A stretch of 64,000 bases of DNA from a virus (IMGVR_UViG_3300036827_000134:22-64021), one strand, 5' to 3'. Positions 47,561-57,036 are shown, counted from the stretch's first letter. A program made the numbers and translations. Notes: generated from the letters alone by a model not told the origin.

Positions 47561-47811
47561 TGGCCAAACATCCCGGCGACAGCGGCAAGTGGAACCTGAC
47601 CTCGGCCGATCCGGTGCCGATGACGATCGACCAGCGCCTGAGCACGCTGGTTGACCTGCCGTCGCAGGCGCAGCGCCGCGAGATGGAAAAGGAGGAGGCG
47701 TTCCTCCGGAACATCCCGCTGTTCACCACGAAGCGGTTCACCGACCGGCGCGATATCCCGGGCCGCGACCGGGTGAAGCCGTCGGGACCTGACCGGAAGG
47801 GACCGTGGTGA
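47560..47811 (+). CDS. Small protein starting MAKHPGDSGKWNLTSA
   Basis: GAGAGG RBS, TGATG coupling. Confidence 0.6.
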   Translation: MAKHPGDSGKWNLTSADPVPMTIDQRLSTLVDLPSQAQRREMEKEEAFLRNIPLFTTKRFTDRRDIPGRDRVKPSGPDRKGPW

Positions 47812-47971
47812 GCGGGTTTGGACTCCCGCCCCTCAAGGAAATGGGCGAACCTATGCGGTTTGACGGGCCGCCGATGACACCCGTTGAACGTCAAAATTGG
47901 AAAATGGCTAAGGCGAAGCGCGACAAACGCAATGCCAGACGCCGAGAACTCTATCGACTTAGGAAGAGCGG

Positions 47972-48229
47972 TTGACGGTGTCGGTCGTCGTCCACGCGCT
48001 CGAGGAAATGCGAGCGGTAAGCCGGGCGAAGGTTATCGAGAAAATTGAGCGTGTGCTTGCCGAAGCCAGGGCCGGCGAAATCTGTGCTATCGCCATCGCA
48101 ACCGTTGCGCCCGATCTGGCGACGGGAAGCTGTTTCAGTCTTGGCGATAAAACACTCACAGAGTTGCTTCGAAGTGTTTGTCTCATGCAGCATCGGATGA
48201 TCGAGTCCGATCGTGGACCGTTGGACTGA
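47972..48229 (+). CDS. Conserved small phage protein
   Basis: L.EARAGEI.AIAIA.V..D motif. Confidence 0.55.
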   Translation: MTVSVVVHALEEMRAVSRAKVIEKIERVLAEARAGEICAIAIATVAPDLATGSCFSLGDKTLTELLRSVCLMQHRMIESDRGPLD

Positions 48230-48279
48230 TGGCCGTCATCACCACTGGCAACGCGCCAGCAGCACTCGGAGGGGGAAGA

Positions 48280-48501
48280 ATGGCGAAATTGACGACGAAG
48301 GCTCGCAAGGCGATCGCGCCGAAAAACTTCGCGCTGCCGGGCGGTAGTTATCCGATCGAAGACGCCAGCCACGCGCGCAACGCGCTCGCCCGCGTATCGC
48401 AACACGGGACGTCGGCAGAAAAGGCCACCGTCCGCCGCAAGGTGCATGCCAAGTACCCTGGTATCGGGTCGCACGCACACCATCCGCCCGCCCATCGTTG
48501 A
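48280..48501 (+). CDS. Small basic conserved phage protein
   Basis: MAKLT.K.RK.....FALP...YPI.D.SHARNALARVSQ...V..KYP; GGAGGGG RBS; AHHPPA tail. Confidence 0.75.
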   Translation: MAKLTTKARKAIAPKNFALPGGSYPIEDASHARNALARVSQHGTSAEKATVRRKVHAKYPGIGSHAHHPPAHR

Positions 48502-48741
48502 TTGTCGGTTGGGTTGAGAAGACCACCGGCGGCCTCCGGATCTTCGAGTCACAACGCGGACGTTATTTCCGCGATCCGGTGCGCGCCCGAGCCCGCGAAA
48601 CCGTCACCTGGAAACGAAACTGCCGGCGCAGCTCGGCCGGACAGCGGCGTGAACCCTACCTCGCGGTCCACCAGCATCTGGATTTCGCACTGCCGCGTGC
48701 CATAAGGATCACCCTTCACGAGCCTGATGGAGCGGCATGAT

Positions 48742-49308
48742 TCACTCCGGAGGACAATAAAACTCACCGTGGAATAGCTTCGCCGCCGCTTGGTACGCTT
48801 CGGATGCTCCATCAGAAGTCTCGAAACTTCCGAGCCAATGCTTTTCGCCGCCCACCATGATCTGCGCCCGAAACAGCTGACCTGACCGCCATACTCCTCT
48901 TGGAAGGCCGCTCGCTTTATTCCTGATACCGATCGTGTTCACGCGATTCTGCGCCCTGGTCGCTTCCCTCAGATTTTTCCATGAATTATCCAATCCGTCT
49001 GTGTTTCTATGGTCGACCACAAAAGGCTCAGTGCCGGTCACCAATTTCCAAATCAATCGGTGTTGTAAGATGTGACTCCGGAAGACCATGCCGTCGGTCA
49101 GACAGAGCACCCAATATTGAATGTTGCCGCTCTGATAAATGCGTCCAACCCGGCGTCCGGGAGGGTTCATTGCTTTCCAGACCCCAAACGCTTTGCGTGA
49201 CCTGAAGTCGCTATCAGGTCTTGGGCGGCAAAACAGTTCACCAGAAAAGGAGTTGTAATCGAAGAGTTGCCGCAAACGCTCTTGCGATGGTAACGCTCGG
49301 ATAGTCAC
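48742..49308 (-). CDS. HNH-AP2 homing endonuclease
   Basis: LPSQERLRQLFDY, HRLIWKLVTG.EP..VDH.N..GLDN...NLREAT, AP2 LGSF...AY...FHGEF; AGGAG RBS. Confidence 0.9.
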   Translation of the reverse strand: MTIRALPSQERLRQLFDYNSFSGELFCRPRPDSDFRSRKAFGVWKAMNPPGRRVGRIYQSGNIQYWVLCLTDGMVFRSHILQHRLIWKLVTGTEPFVVDHRNTDGLDNSWKNLREATRAQNRVNTIGIRNKASGLPRGVWRSGQLFRAQIMVGGEKHWLGSFETSDGASEAYQAAAKLFHGEFYCPPE

Positions 49309-49384
49309 GGCGATCTCCTGAGGATCGTTGTTGGTCAGGGCGGCGCGGGCGCTGCGAACGTCTGCGTCTGTCCGAACCTACTGG

Positions 49385-50869
49385 ATGGAGGCCGCGATTC
49401 CAATCTACTCCTGTATCGGAATGCCGACAATTCAGGCGTTCATGAACTCAGACGCCTTCATTCGCGGTCTGATGGGTCCTTGGGGATCGGGCAAGACTTC
49501 GGCCTGCATAATGGAACTGGCTCAGCGTGGATTAGCGCAGGCGCCGGGGCCAGATGGAGTTCGTCGGACCCGTTTCGCCGCAATCCGAAATACTGCAAAG
49601 CAACTGGAAGATTCCACCGAGCGCAGCTTTCTGCAATGGTTCCCGCCCTACCAGTTCGGCGAATGGATCCCGTCCAAGCACAACTATATCATCAAGGCTC
49701 TCCGGGCGCCTGGCGATGACAGGAGCGCGGAAATCGAAGTAAATTTCCGAGCGCTGGATCGTCCCGATCAGTTGGGCGACCTCTTGTCGGTCGAGTACAC
49801 CGCTGGTTGGATACATGAAGGCCGCGAAGTGTCATGGCCCGTGATTGACGCAGTTACTGGTCGCGTCGGTCGGTTCCCAGCCCGCAAGGATGGCGGCTGC
49901 ACATGGTCCGGCGTGTTCAGCGACACCAATCCGCCCGACGTCGATTCAGACTGGCACAAATTTTTCGAGGAGACCGACCACAGCGAGTCTGTCGCCGAAC
50001 TTGCGAAGGTGGTTCCGGGCGTTACCGTGGACAATTTTTGCCAGATATTCAGGCAACCATCCGGCCGAGCGCCGAACGCAGAAAACCTCGGTAATTTGCC
50101 TGTTGGATATTATCAGCGGCTCGCGATTGGTAAGTCGCCGGAATGGATCAAGGTAAACATCGATGCTCAGTACGGTTTCGTAACTGACGGAAAAGCGGTA
50201 TGGCCAGAGTATTCCGACCAGTTACATTGCCCTGTTGAGAAAGAAAGATGGCCTAAGCCAGTGTTAAATCTCCCTATAGTTAGGAGTTGGGATTTTGGTC
50301 TTACTCCAGCTTGTGTATTTAGTCAGATAACAGGAAAGGGCCAGTGGATTATATTCGATGAACTTGTAGCTACTTCAATGGGTGCTGATAAGTTCTCCGA
50401 TGAGGTTCTTGAGCACAGCGCCAGGTACTATAACCGCGGCGATTTCTGGGATATCGGCGATCCAGCCGGGATGCAGCGCTCTCAGACTGACGAAACGACT
50501 TGCTTTCAGATCCTTCATGGGAAAAATATTGCGATCGAGGCGGCGTTGCAAACCCTCGAGATACGACTTGAAAGTGTGCGAAAACCGCTGCGCACTCTGG
50601 TGGACGGCCGACCGCAATTCGTGCTTCATCCGCGATGCCAGAAGTTGCGGAGAGCAATGCTTGGCGGCTATCATTTTCGCCGAATGAAAATAAGCGGCGA
50701 AAGATATACATCATCTCCGGAAAAAGACTCCCACAGCCATGTGGCTGACGCGTTAGGTTACGCAGGTACAAGACTTTTTGGTGGGGCTCTTTTCAACCCA
50801 AGAGGTAGCGTTCGTCACGAAGCAACTGCTTCTGGTGAAGCTGGGCGCAGCCGTATAACTGGGTATTGA
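49385..50869 (+). CDS. terL: Terminase large subunit
   Basis: Walker A GPWGSGKT, DTNPP, nuclease WDFGLTPA...GDPAG...HVADA. Confidence 0.93.
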   Translation: MEAAIPIYSCIGMPTIQAFMNSDAFIRGLMGPWGSGKTSACIMELAQRGLAQAPGPDGVRRTRFAAIRNTAKQLEDSTERSFLQWFPPYQFGEWIPSKHNYIIKALRAPGDDRSAEIEVNFRALDRPDQLGDLLSVEYTAGWIHEGREVSWPVIDAVTGRVGRFPARKDGGCTWSGVFSDTNPPDVDSDWHKFFEETDHSESVAELAKVVPGVTVDNFCQIFRQPSGRAPNAENLGNLPVGYYQRLAIGKSPEWIKVNIDAQYGFVTDGKAVWPEYSDQLHCPVEKERWPKPVLNLPIVRSWDFGLTPACVFSQITGKGQWIIFDELVATSMGADKFSDEVLEHSARYYNRGDFWDIGDPAGMQRSQTDETTCFQILHGKNIAIEAALQTLEIRLESVRKPLRTLVDGRPQFVLHPRCQKLRRAMLGGYHFRRMKISGERYTSSPEKDSHSHVADALGYAGTRLFGGALFNPRGSVRHEATASGEAGRSRITGY

Positions 50870-50878
50870 GGTATCGTA

Positions 50879-51157
50879 ATGACAGACACCGAACACTGGC
50901 CGAAATACCAAAGCCACAAGGTCGTGCGCGCGGCGAAGATCGTTGCGATCCACGACGATGGCGAAGGTCCTGATTTCCTGTGGGTCGATCCCGGCACCGG
51001 GACGCTTGAGCGGTTCATCCCGACCGAACCGGCGATGATGGGCCGCGCCCAGGTCGGCGGCTACGCTGTGGCGTACGACAACGACTTTCTCAGTGTGTCG
51101 CCTAAAGCACCGTTCGAAGAGGGTTACGTCCTGGCGGAGGAAGATGATGATGGATGA
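50879..51157 (+). CDS. Conserved small phage protein
   Basis: PKYQSHKVVRA.KI...GGY.V.Y....S.SP...FEEGY; GAGGT RBS. Confidence 0.7.
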   Translation: MTDTEHWPKYQSHKVVRAAKIVAIHDDGEGPDFLWVDPGTGTLERFIPTEPAMMGRAQVGGYAVAYDNDFLSVSPKAPFEEGYVLAEEDDDG

Positions 51158-51476
51158 TCACAATCCGAACGAAGAGGGATTAGGTGGCGTCGAACCACCG
51201 ATCGACCTGTCGAGCCTGCAACCGGTCCGGATTGTGGTTCCTAAGATCGCCCGCGCCTGCGTGGCCTGCACAAGTTCGGCGACCGAAGGCCGCGATCTCG
51301 TTTGCCGGCGTAATCCGCCGCAAGTGACGTTTTTGATCGTGCCCGGTCCGGTCACTATGGTGCCGGGCCCCGGCGGAAGAGCGCAACCGCAGCAGGCGAT
51401 GCAGGCGGTCCCGCATACGGCGTTCCCGGTCATGCGTCCGGATCAGTGGTGCGGTATGTTCGAGCAGAAGAGGTGA
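51147..51476 (+). CDS. Cys-rich small protein
   Basis: C..C...CRRNPP...FP.....WCG.F. Confidence 0.6.
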   Translation: MMDDHNPNEEGLGGVEPPIDLSSLQPVRIVVPKIARACVACTSSATEGRDLVCRRNPPQVTFLIVPGPVTMVPGPGGRAQPQQAMQAVPHTAFPVMRPDQWCGMFEQKR

Positions 51477-51918
51477 CCTCGGTCAAAGAGATGATCATGG
51501 CTCATAGTCCGAACGCGGTGCGCCTGCTCAACGCCGCGACCACCGGCGACCTGACGTTCGACGATCCGGTTTCGGATATGATCAAATTCGATCGGTTCCC
51601 ACCCGAGCTCAGGTTCCGGATCGCGACCAACAACACCAAACTTTCCGCCGGCGCGTTCGAGAAGCATGTCGCATGGGCTGACCGTCAGGGTCTCGGTCCC
51701 GGCCGGACGATCGCCAAAATCAACGAATTCGAGAAAAACGAGATCGCTGTCTTTGCCGGGCAATATCGCGGCCGGTACGGTTCGGTGCTGCCGCACATCG
51801 CTGCCGGCGCATCGGTCCAGCGTTACGGGCCGCTCGGTGCGAGTAAGCACCCGGCCAGGTTGGTTGGTCGACCGATTTACCGCAAACCATGGCGACCGCG
51901 TCGCCGGCGAAGGGCAGC

Positions 51919-54312
51919 ATGAGCGCAACCGTCCCACAGTCGCCGCCGAACGGCATCGCCGCGTTGGCCAACGGCGTCAACGGCAGCCTGGATCCGATCG
52001 CACTGGCGCGTCGCATGATGCCGCCGCCGGAGGATGACACTGACGAGGATGCCGAACCGCCGAGGGAAAGTCTCCGGGCACAACTGGAACGCTGGGCGAA
52101 GTCGACCAATGTCGCCGAGGAACCGGACGTCGCCGATTTGCTGATGGAGATCGCCGCGCGCGTGCGGAGCGATTACGACCTGGACGAGAACTCTCGGGCG
52201 GACTGGAAGACCAAATACCGCCAATGGCTCGATTTCGCGCTGCAGATCGCGCAGCAGAAGACTTATCCATGGCCAGGCGCTTCGAACGTTATCTATCCGC
52301 TGATGACGGTCGCCGCGATCCAGTTCGCTGCCAGAGCGTACCCGGCAATCATTCGCGACCGCGATGTGGTCAAGGGCCGCGTGGTCGGTCGCGACGATGG
52401 CGTTCCGAACCCGGCTTACGCGCAGTGGATCCAGCAGCAGGCCGCGGCCGCCGCAGCACAACAGCAGACCCCGCACGGTCCGGGTATGCCGCCGCCCGGC
52501 GCGGTGATGCCGGGCATGGGACCGGCGAGTACCGGCCAACCGCAACCGCCGCCGCGGCAATGGCTCGAGGAACCGGGGGCGAAGCTGAAACGGGCGATCG
52601 CCATCGGCCGGCACATGTCCTGGCAGCTGCTCAGCGAGCAAGAGGAGTGGGAACCGCAGACCGATACGATGCTGGTCGCGCTGCCGATCGTTGGCACCTA
52701 TTTCCGAAAGACCTATTACGATCCGGCAATGCGACGGAACGTGTCCGAAACCGTCGATGCGATGGCGCTGTGCGTGAACTATTACGCCAAGTCGTTCGAG
52801 ACAGCGCCAAGACAAACCGAGCTGATCCGGATGTATCCGGAGGAGATAGAGACTGCGATCAGATCCGGTCTGTTCATTGATTACGACGGCGAGGGCGCAA
52901 AGGCCTATGGTCGCGACCAGGGTGTATCGACACAAAGCACCGAACAGAAAAACGATCCAAACCAGCAGCAGGATGAGGACGCCGGCACCACGTTCCTGGA
53001 GCAGCACCGGCGCTGGGATCTGGATGGCGACGGGTATCCCGAGCCCTGGATCGTCACTGTGGCTCGCGACTCGGGAAAACTCGCGCGCATCCGTGCCGGC
53101 TACGATATGGATGGCGTGCACTGGACCGACGACGACCGGGTGCGGAAGATCGACCGGATCGTGGTCTATACCAAATACGGCTTCGTGCCGTCACCCGATT
53201 CGAAGGTTTACGATCTCGGCTTCGGGCACCTGCTGTTCCCGATCAACGAGGCGATCAACACCACGCTCAACCAGATGTTCGATGCCGGATCGCTGCAAAA
53301 CGTCGGCGGCGGTTTCATCGGATCCGGTCTGTCGGTCAACACCGGCGCGCTGCGCTTCGCGATGGGTGAGTACAAGCCCGTCAACGTGATGGGCGGCACG
53401 ATTCGCGACAACGTGTTCCCGATCCCGTTCCCCGGACCCAGCCAGGTGCTGATGCAGCTACTGACGTTCCTGGTTGAGGCCGGCGAGCGGGTTGCCGCGG
53501 TCAAAGATGTCATGACCGGCGACATGCCCGGCGATAACACCTCCGGCATCACCACGCTGGCGGTGATCGAACAGGGACTGAAGGTCTTCAGTGCGATCTA
53601 TAAGCGGATTTACCGCTCGCTCGGGTACGAGTTCAAGAAACTCTACCGCCTCAATCGCATCTATGGTGCCGAGGAGATGGAATACGAAGGCGGCGACGCG
53701 TGGTCGATGGTCAAGCGGTCCGATTACGAAGAAGGCGCCGGCGTCGAACCGGTCAGCGACCCGCAGATGGTCACCGACATGCAGCGGCTCGGCCGTGCTC
53801 AGTTCATGCTGGGTTTCAAGGACGACCCCCGGGTCAAAGGGGGCAAGGTGATCCTCGGCGCGTGGCAGGCAGCGATGATCCCGGACGCCGAAAGCTACAT
53901 GAACGAGACGCCGCCACCGCCGGATCCGAAGAACCTCCTGAAGAGTCGGGAACTCGACATCCGCGAGAAGCGTGAGATGATCGACCTGATGCTGCGCGAG
54001 CAAAAAGACAAAGCGCTGATCGTGAGAGAAATCGCGCAAGCGACATTGTTCCTCGCTCAGGTCAGGAAACTTGACAATGACGCACAATTGGGATGGGTTG
54101 AGGCCCACCTTCAAAGGATGAGGGACCAATTGGATGCCGTTAGCGCCCTATCAGCCGCAGGTCCGGATCACAGCGACTCTGGAACCGGGGCAGGTGGCGG
54201 TTCCCCAACTCCTGACGGAACTCTCGGTGGAGCAGTGGGCGCTATGGCGCCGCCACCCGGTCTCGGACCTCCTCCTGGCGCGGTACCTCCCGGACTGGCG
54301 GGGGGCGCTTGA
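51919..54312 (+). CDS. Portal protein
   Basis: ~800 aa after TerL; KTYPWPGASNV.YPLMT.AAIQFAARAYP, GTYFRKTYYD, EQH...DLDGDGY.EP motifs; Pro/Gln insert. Confidence 0.9.
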   Translation: MSATVPQSPPNGIAALANGVNGSLDPIALARRMMPPPEDDTDEDAEPPRESLRAQLERWAKSTNVAEEPDVADLLMEIAARVRSDYDLDENSRADWKTKYRQWLDFALQIAQQKTYPWPGASNVIYPLMTVAAIQFAARAYPAIIRDRDVVKGRVVGRDDGVPNPAYAQWIQQQAAAAAAQQQTPHGPGMPPPGAVMPGMGPASTGQPQPPPRQWLEEPGAKLKRAIAIGRHMSWQLLSEQEEWEPQTDTMLVALPIVGTYFRKTYYDPAMRRNVSETVDAMALCVNYYAKSFETAPRQTELIRMYPEEIETAIRSGLFIDYDGEGAKAYGRDQGVSTQSTEQKNDPNQQQDEDAGTTFLEQHRRWDLDGDGYPEPWIVTVARDSGKLARIRAGYDMDGVHWTDDDRVRKIDRIVVYTKYGFVPSPDSKVYDLGFGHLLFPINEAINTTLNQMFDAGSLQNVGGGFIGSGLSVNTGALRFAMGEYKPVNVMGGTIRDNVFPIPFPGPSQVLMQLLTFLVEAGERVAAVKDVMTGDMPGDNTSGITTLAVIEQGLKVFSAIYKRIYRSLGYEFKKLYRLNRIYGAEEMEYEGGDAWSMVKRSDYEEGAGVEPVSDPQMVTDMQRLGRAQFMLGFKDDPRVKGGKVILGAWQAAMIPDAESYMNETPPPPDPKNLLKSRELDIREKREMIDLMLREQKDKALIVREIAQATLFLAQVRKLDNDAQLGWVEAHLQRMRDQLDAVSALSAAGPDHSDSGTGAGGGSPTPDGTLGGAVGAMAPPPGLGPPPGAVPPGLAGGA

Positions 54313-54514
54313 GCGACAGGCGTTGGACGGCTGGATCGGTGGCAAACTGACCTTGCAGGCAGAGCAAGAGGCCCGCGGTTACCTGCTCGGCGCACACATG
54401 ATCGAAAATCTCGCTCTGGATCAGGTGCGCACCTTTTACGGTCTCGAAACGCTACGCGACCAGGAAGAGCGCAAGAAACTGTTGCAGCGACCGTCGCGCG
54501 CGCAGGGTTACTGA
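54134..54514 (+). CDS. Small head-module protein overlapping portal 3' end
   Basis: EQW..W..HPVS motif; TGATG-coupled to next gene. Confidence 0.55.
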   Translation: MPLAPYQPQVRITATLEPGQVAVPQLLTELSVEQWALWRRHPVSDLLLARYLPDWRGALERQALDGWIGGKLTLQAEQEARGYLLGAHMIENLALDQVRTFYGLETLRDQEERKKLLQRPSRAQGY

Positions 54515-54969
54515 TGACCGCAGCGGAAGCAATCGATGCCGCCGAGGCTTTGTTCGCGAACGTGCATCGCGAGGTCGGTTATCCGACGCCGTACGAGAAC
54601 CAGGCCGGTAAGGCGATCGGCGACGGACCGCGCGATATGATGTGCGCGCCCAATGGCGAAACTTATGACACCGTCACGAGTTTCGGGATCAATGAAAATC
54701 TTGCGCATGGGCCGGTGCTGTTCGTCTCCGAAGGTCTGGCGATGCAATGGTGGTTCGACGAAGTGCGCGACTATCAGAAGGCGACCGGTGCGCAACATCT
54801 CTATTGGTGCCACGAACCGAAGTTTGTATCAGCGACGTTCCTGACGATGGATCAGGGTGGGTTGATGCGCACGCAAAACCCGATGGCTGAGATCCCGCAG
54901 ATCGAACTGGGCTTCGTCACTTCGAAACTGCTGATCTCGAAGATCGGTCCCGACGGAAAGGAAACCTGA
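54514..54969 (+). CDS. Hypothetical protein
   Basis: TGATG-coupled on both sides. Confidence 0.6.
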   Translation: MTAAEAIDAAEALFANVHREVGYPTPYENQAGKAIGDGPRDMMCAPNGETYDTVTSFGINENLAHGPVLFVSEGLAMQWWFDEVRDYQKATGAQHLYWCHEPKFVSATFLTMDQGGLMRTQNPMAEIPQIELGFVTSKLLISKIGPDGKET

Positions 54970-55418
54970 TGAGCGACACTGATGAGATCGCAGCCGGCCG
55001 TCAGGTCTACATTCAGACCCAGTTCGGTTCGTACGGCATGGTGCAATGGACTGGCCGGAACACCTCGGGCATGCGCGCGCTGTGCGACAAGGTGATCGTG
55101 TTGCCGGATCAGGCGCCCGATATCACGCAAGGCGGCATCATCGTTCCGGAAATGGCGCAGGAGCACCAGGGTCACGCGGCAACGACCGGCGTTCTGGTCT
55201 CGGTCGGACCGCAGGCCTTCGCCTGGGATACTCACGGCATGCACCGATGGGAAGGCGAAAAACCAAAGGCCGGCGACCGGGTTTACTTCCAGAAATATGC
55301 CGGTCAGGAGCATATCGGCAAGGACGGCCTGATGTACCGGATCATGGAATATCGGGCAATCGGCGCCGGCGAGGAGATCGACCAACCAGCGGAGGAATCG
55401 GACAATGCCGTTGCATGA
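54969..55418 (+). CDS. groES: Co-chaperonin GroES (Cpn10)-like
   Basis: DKVIV.P......TQGGIIVP....TGVLVSVGP...GDRVYF.KYAG....DG..YRIM. Confidence 0.88.
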   Translation: MSDTDEIAAGRQVYIQTQFGSYGMVQWTGRNTSGMRALCDKVIVLPDQAPDITQGGIIVPEMAQEHQGHAATTGVLVSVGPQAFAWDTHGMHRWEGEKPKAGDRVYFQKYAGQEHIGKDGLMYRIMEYRAIGAGEEIDQPAEESDNAVA

Positions 55419-55647
55419 AGGATTGCCGGTCGCCGGCTATCAACCTCAACCCGAAGATCGCGTCGCTGTGGTGAACGGGCACAAAGAGTCCGAGGAACGC
55501 ATACTTCGGCATATCGAGGTGCTGGTCGCGAGCGAGTACATCAATCCACGCTGGGCTGCGATTGCGAAGACGCATTTTGAAGAGGGGTTCATGGCACTCA
55601 ATCGCGCGGTGTTTCAGCCGAGTCGTGTGAAGCTACCGGAGGACTGA
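55405..55647 (+). CDS. acb2: Acb2-like cyclic-oligonucleotide sponge (anti-CBASS)
   Basis: GYQ......VN..K...PRW.AIAKT..E.GFMAL.RAV.QP matches my recollection of the Acb2/T4 Vs.4 signature. Confidence 0.75.
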   Translation: MPLHEGLPVAGYQPQPEDRVAVVNGHKESEERILRHIEVLVASEYINPRWAAIAKTHFEEGFMALNRAVFQPSRVKLPED

Positions 55648-55651
55648 ACAA

Positions 55652-56689
55652 ATGTCGGGGGCACAAACGCAGCTGGTTGACCGGGAAGATCCGCCCCGGA
55701 CGGAGGTCGACGGCGTCAATCCGGAAACCGAACGGATCGCCCGACTGAATGGCTGGAAACCGCGGAGCGAACTGCCGGCCAATTTCGACGATTCGCGTTG
55801 GATCCCTGCCGACGTCTTTGTTGCGCGCGGCCTCGAAGTTCCGGCGATCCTCGCCAACCGCAACAAGGCATTGACCGCCAAGGTCGATGATATGCAGCGG
55901 GAATTCGCGGAGTCGCAGCGCTTGTCGAGTGAAAAACTCGACGCGGCGGTGGAGACGATCAATGGCCTGACCACGATGGTCCGCACCTCCGAGCAGCGGG
56001 CGTACGAACGCGCGCGCCGCGAACTCAAGGAGGACATGGAGAGGGCTGTCGAAACCGGCGACACCGCGACATGGCGACGGCTCGATCTGCAGCGTGAGGA
56101 ACTTGAAAATAACAAACCGCCGCCGACGCCCGTTCGCGCCACCACGACGACGACAACGACCGCGCAGCCATCGCAGCAGCAGCAGCGCAACGGCAATCTT
56201 GACCCGGCAGTGCAGCGGTTCTTCGCCGACAATCGATGGTACGATCCGGAGCGTAAGCGGGATGATCGCGACGATGAAATGATGGCGTTCGCCGATACGA
56301 TCCACAACGGATTGCGAACCACGCGGCCCGACCTGTCGATGGAACAGAACCTTGGTTTCGTCGTGATGGAGGTCAAGAATCGCTTCCCGGATCGCTTTGG
56401 CGGCCAGCGGACTACCACCGCTGATCCGGACCCCGCCGCCCGGCAGAACAACAATAACGGCGGCGGTGGTGGCGATCGGCGCAACGATCCGCCGGCGGTG
56501 ACACCCAGTTCCGGCAGCCCCGGACCGAGACGCAACACCAACCGGTTCACCTTTGACACGATGCCGCAGATCTCGAAGGACAATTACGCTCGTTATGCCA
56601 AGGTGCTCGAAGGCAAAGGGAAGCCCTTGACCAAAGAGGAATGGGCGACCGATTACTGGGCGCAGTACCAGGACGATGGGAATCCCTGA
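55652..56689 (+). CDS. Capsid scaffolding protein
   Basis: AR..GW.P...W.PA..FV, long coiled coil, F...N.WY; lies between portal and MCP. Confidence 0.75.
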   Translation: MSGAQTQLVDREDPPRTEVDGVNPETERIARLNGWKPRSELPANFDDSRWIPADVFVARGLEVPAILANRNKALTAKVDDMQREFAESQRLSSEKLDAAVETINGLTTMVRTSEQRAYERARRELKEDMERAVETGDTATWRRLDLQREELENNKPPPTPVRATTTTTTTAQPSQQQQRNGNLDPAVQRFFADNRWYDPERKRDDRDDEMMAFADTIHNGLRTTRPDLSMEQNLGFVVMEVKNRFPDRFGGQRTTTADPDPAARQNNNNGGGGGDRRNDPPAVTPSSGSPGPRRNTNRFTFDTMPQISKDNYARYAKVLEGKGKPLTKEEWATDYWAQYQDDGNP

Positions 56690-57036
56690 TGCATCAAGAA
56701 ACAGAGGTGAAACAGCTGCATGGTCGGCGACTTTGTAAGGATTGTCGGTATATCATCCTGACCGATCATAGTCCGCAATGTGGCCACTCAGGATCGACTG
56801 TTTGGCGGCATGATCTGGTTTTTGGCTCGCCGCCCGTTGTCGGGCGCCTCGCCTGCGTTGCGGTTCGAACCGGAAATGCACGCTGCGGTGAGGAAGGCAA
56901 GTGGTGGTCGCCACCCGAAGGAGCGCGGCTGGAGAGCGTGGAGATTACCGCTTCTGGCGATGTTTCAAAGCAAGTAACCAGAGACGAATGGGCTGGGGAT
57001 TATCGGGCAAACGGGGGTTATGATGGCACTCCGTGA
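56689..57036 (+). CDS. Cys-rich hypothetical protein
   Basis: LCKDCRY...C.H...C...R....CG.EGKWW. Confidence 0.55.
   Translation: MHQETEVKQLHGRRLCKDCRYIILTDHSPQCGHSGSTVWRHDLVFGSPPVVGRLACVAVRTGNARCGEEGKWWSPPEGARLESVEITASGDVSKQVTRDEWAGDYRANGGYDGTP

Noticed and set aside
48742-49385. Group I intron interrupting terL around the HNH gene
   Set aside because: TerL is complete from 49385 with Walker A near its start, no upstream exon is evident, and the HNH gene is antisense and free-standing
54969-55418. Phage GroES as a novelty
   Set aside because: Co-chaperonins in phage head modules are well known, so it is listed only as a feature
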